DNA of 64,000 bases from an uncultured bacterium (GTDB taxonomy: Bacteria > Bipolaricaulota > Bipolaricaulia > UBA7950 > UBA9294). Positions 62,682 to 64,000 of this stretch are shown here, one piece after another (within the stretch, counting starts at the first letter, position 1; every line of letters starts with the position of its first letter). The stretch spans positions 15,269 to 79,268 of the forward strand of contig CBDUVB010000004.1 of the NCBI GenBank assembly GCA_965370555.1, written 5' to 3'. The notes beneath the pieces were generated by a model. The model worked only from the letters and a program-made list of their open reading frames with translations. It ran no database searches and was not told where the DNA came from. The position numbers were made by a program, and so were the translations under genes.

Positions 62682-64000
62682 CTAGTTCGTCGTCATTACG
62701 TCTACAGCCTCGCCAAGGCACAGATCGTTACCCACTCGCTCATACCTGTTTATCATCTTCACGATGTTAGCTACTGTCATCTGGTCATTGCGTAACTCTC
62801 GAACAAGTTCGCCGTGGGAGATGAGCAGGATTCGGTCGGCCACCTGCACCAGTTCTTCGAAATCGAGAGAGACGTATATGATCGAAATCCCCGCGAGAGC
62901 CAAATCCAAGATGCGGCGTCGGATCTCCGCCTTGACACCAACATCGATCCCCCGGGTTGGCTCATCGAGTAACAGTATTTCGGGCCCCGCCGAAAGCCAG
63001 CGCCCAAAGAGCACCTTCTGTTGATTGCCGCCACTCAGATTAAAGACCTTGCTATGAATGGTCGGAACGTCAATCCGTAGGTCCTCAACGTATTTGTCAG
63101 CCACCTTTGAATATTCTCTATTATTGATAAGCATAAAATGCCGTAATCGATCAATGATGACCGAAGCGATATTTGAACGAACACTATGCATGTAGTAAAG
63201 AGCTTCATTTCGCGATTCACTCAGCAAACCCATCCCCATCCGGATCGCATTCGCAGGCCTTCGCACTGTGACCCTCTCTCCTCGAACGAAAACCTCTCCT
63301 GAATCGGGTGGCTCAACACCAAACAGGCACTGCAGGAGTTCCGTTCTACCAGCCCCACGAAGCCCAGCAAGCCCGAGGATCTCCCCCTCATGTAGCTCAA
63401 ATGACACGTCTTTTAACCCATACTTTGCTTGCATCAGGCTTTGAACCTTGAGAACGACTTTGCTCGTATCCACCACCCGATCCTCTTGTCTGACAACCGT
63501 CCGCACCTCTCTGCCAATGATCCGCTCGGTGAGGAGGTCGAGAGGAATGTTGTGGAGATTATTCTCCAGAGTATCGATATACTCTCCATTTCTGAGCACT
63601 GTAATCCGATCGCAAATGCTGATTACCTCCCCCAAGCGATGGCTGACGAACATGAAGGTTGTCCCAGCTTGTTGAAGCTTCCTGATGACGCCAAAGAGGG
63701 TTTCCACTTCATCATCCGACAGAGAAGAGGTGGCCTCATCCAGAATGACAAGCTTCACGTCCTGAGCAAAGGCTTTCGCGATCAACACCAACTGATGTTC
63801 GGCAGGGGAACAGAAACCAGCAACTCGTTCTGGATCCAGGTTGACCCCAAGTCTGTGTAGGATCTGGACTGCTTCACGATTCATCAGCTTTCGATCGATG
63901 AATATTCCTCGACGGGGAGGGGAGGGGTCAAGGAAAATGTTCTCTGCCACTGTCAAGTTTAAGCAGACAGGCACCTCTTGGTGGACGATTCGTATCCCGA
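62682..64000 (-). CDS. Sugar ABC transporter ATP-binding protein (5' end beyond the window)
   Basis: The reading frame stays open upstream of the track start. Reverse translation of 63975-64000 gives GIRIVHQEV, continuing into PVCLNLTVAENIFL. LSGGNQQKV signature in the second domain. Confidence 0.85.
   Translation of the reverse strand, partial: GIRIVHQEVPVCLNLTVAENIFLDPSPPRRGIFIDRKLMNREAVQILHRLGVNLDPERVAGFCSPAEHQLVLIAKAFAQDVKLVILDEATSSLSDDEVETLFGVIRKLQQAGTTFMFVSHRLGEVISICDRITVLRNGEYIDTLENNLHNIPLDLLTERIIGREVRTVVRQEDRVVDTSKVVLKVQSLMQAKYGLKDVSFELHEGEILGLAGLRGAGRTELLQCLFGVEPPDSGEVFVRGERVTVRRPANAIRMGMGLLSESRNEALYYMHSVRSNIASVIIDRLRHFMLINNREYSKVADKYVEDLRIDVPTIHSKVFNLSGGNQQKVLFGRWLSAGPEILLLDEPTRGIDVGVKAEIRRRILDLALAGISIIYVSLDFEELVQVADRILLISHGELVRELRNDQMTVANIVKMINRYERVGNDLCLGEAVDVMTTN

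Overview
64-kb bacterial chromosomal window. I recognised no rRNA, tRNA, CRISPR array, transposase or integrase. By eye, 1-15.7 kb is GC-rich housekeeping and anaerobic metabolism: a 5'-truncated EF-G-like GTPase (absent from the ORF track), iorAB, a MazG-like protein, a metallophosphoesterase, a Na/Pi cotransporter, adenosine deaminase, DUF5320, a CPA2 antiporter, an LTD protein, a patatin, groES-groEL with a CIRCE operator, and an RlpA-like protein. 15.7-24.3 kb looks like an AT-richer accessory island. It holds a decayed AbiE toxin-antitoxin pair, gene fragments, and the most unusual locus in the window. That locus is a ~440-bp direct repeat (promoter plus a 119/120-aa ORF) placed in front of two unrelated cargo genes: a membrane-anchored helicase IV-like multidomain protein (1055 aa), and a 413-aa orphan protein followed by a small TM ORF. 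24.4-29.7 kb encodes an ADP-forming acetyl-CoA synthetase, a stand-alone Pta-N-terminal/DRTGG protein and a CoA-transferase-GNAT fusion. A novel 8-nt-period tandem repeat element follows the stop codons of these genes and of iorB. 32.9-64 kb is a very large carbohydrate locus. It contains three CUT2-type ABC transporters, two tungsten-type aldehyde:ferredoxin oxidoreductases, a DapA-family aldolase, kinases, a LarA-like protein and an Fsa-like aldolase. It also contains eight DeoC-family paralogues arranged as four tightly linked pairs, three of them lacking the Schiff-base lysine, plus a 284-bp perfect duplicate deoC fragment. All functional calls come from motif recognition by eye in the supplied translations. 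No database search was run.
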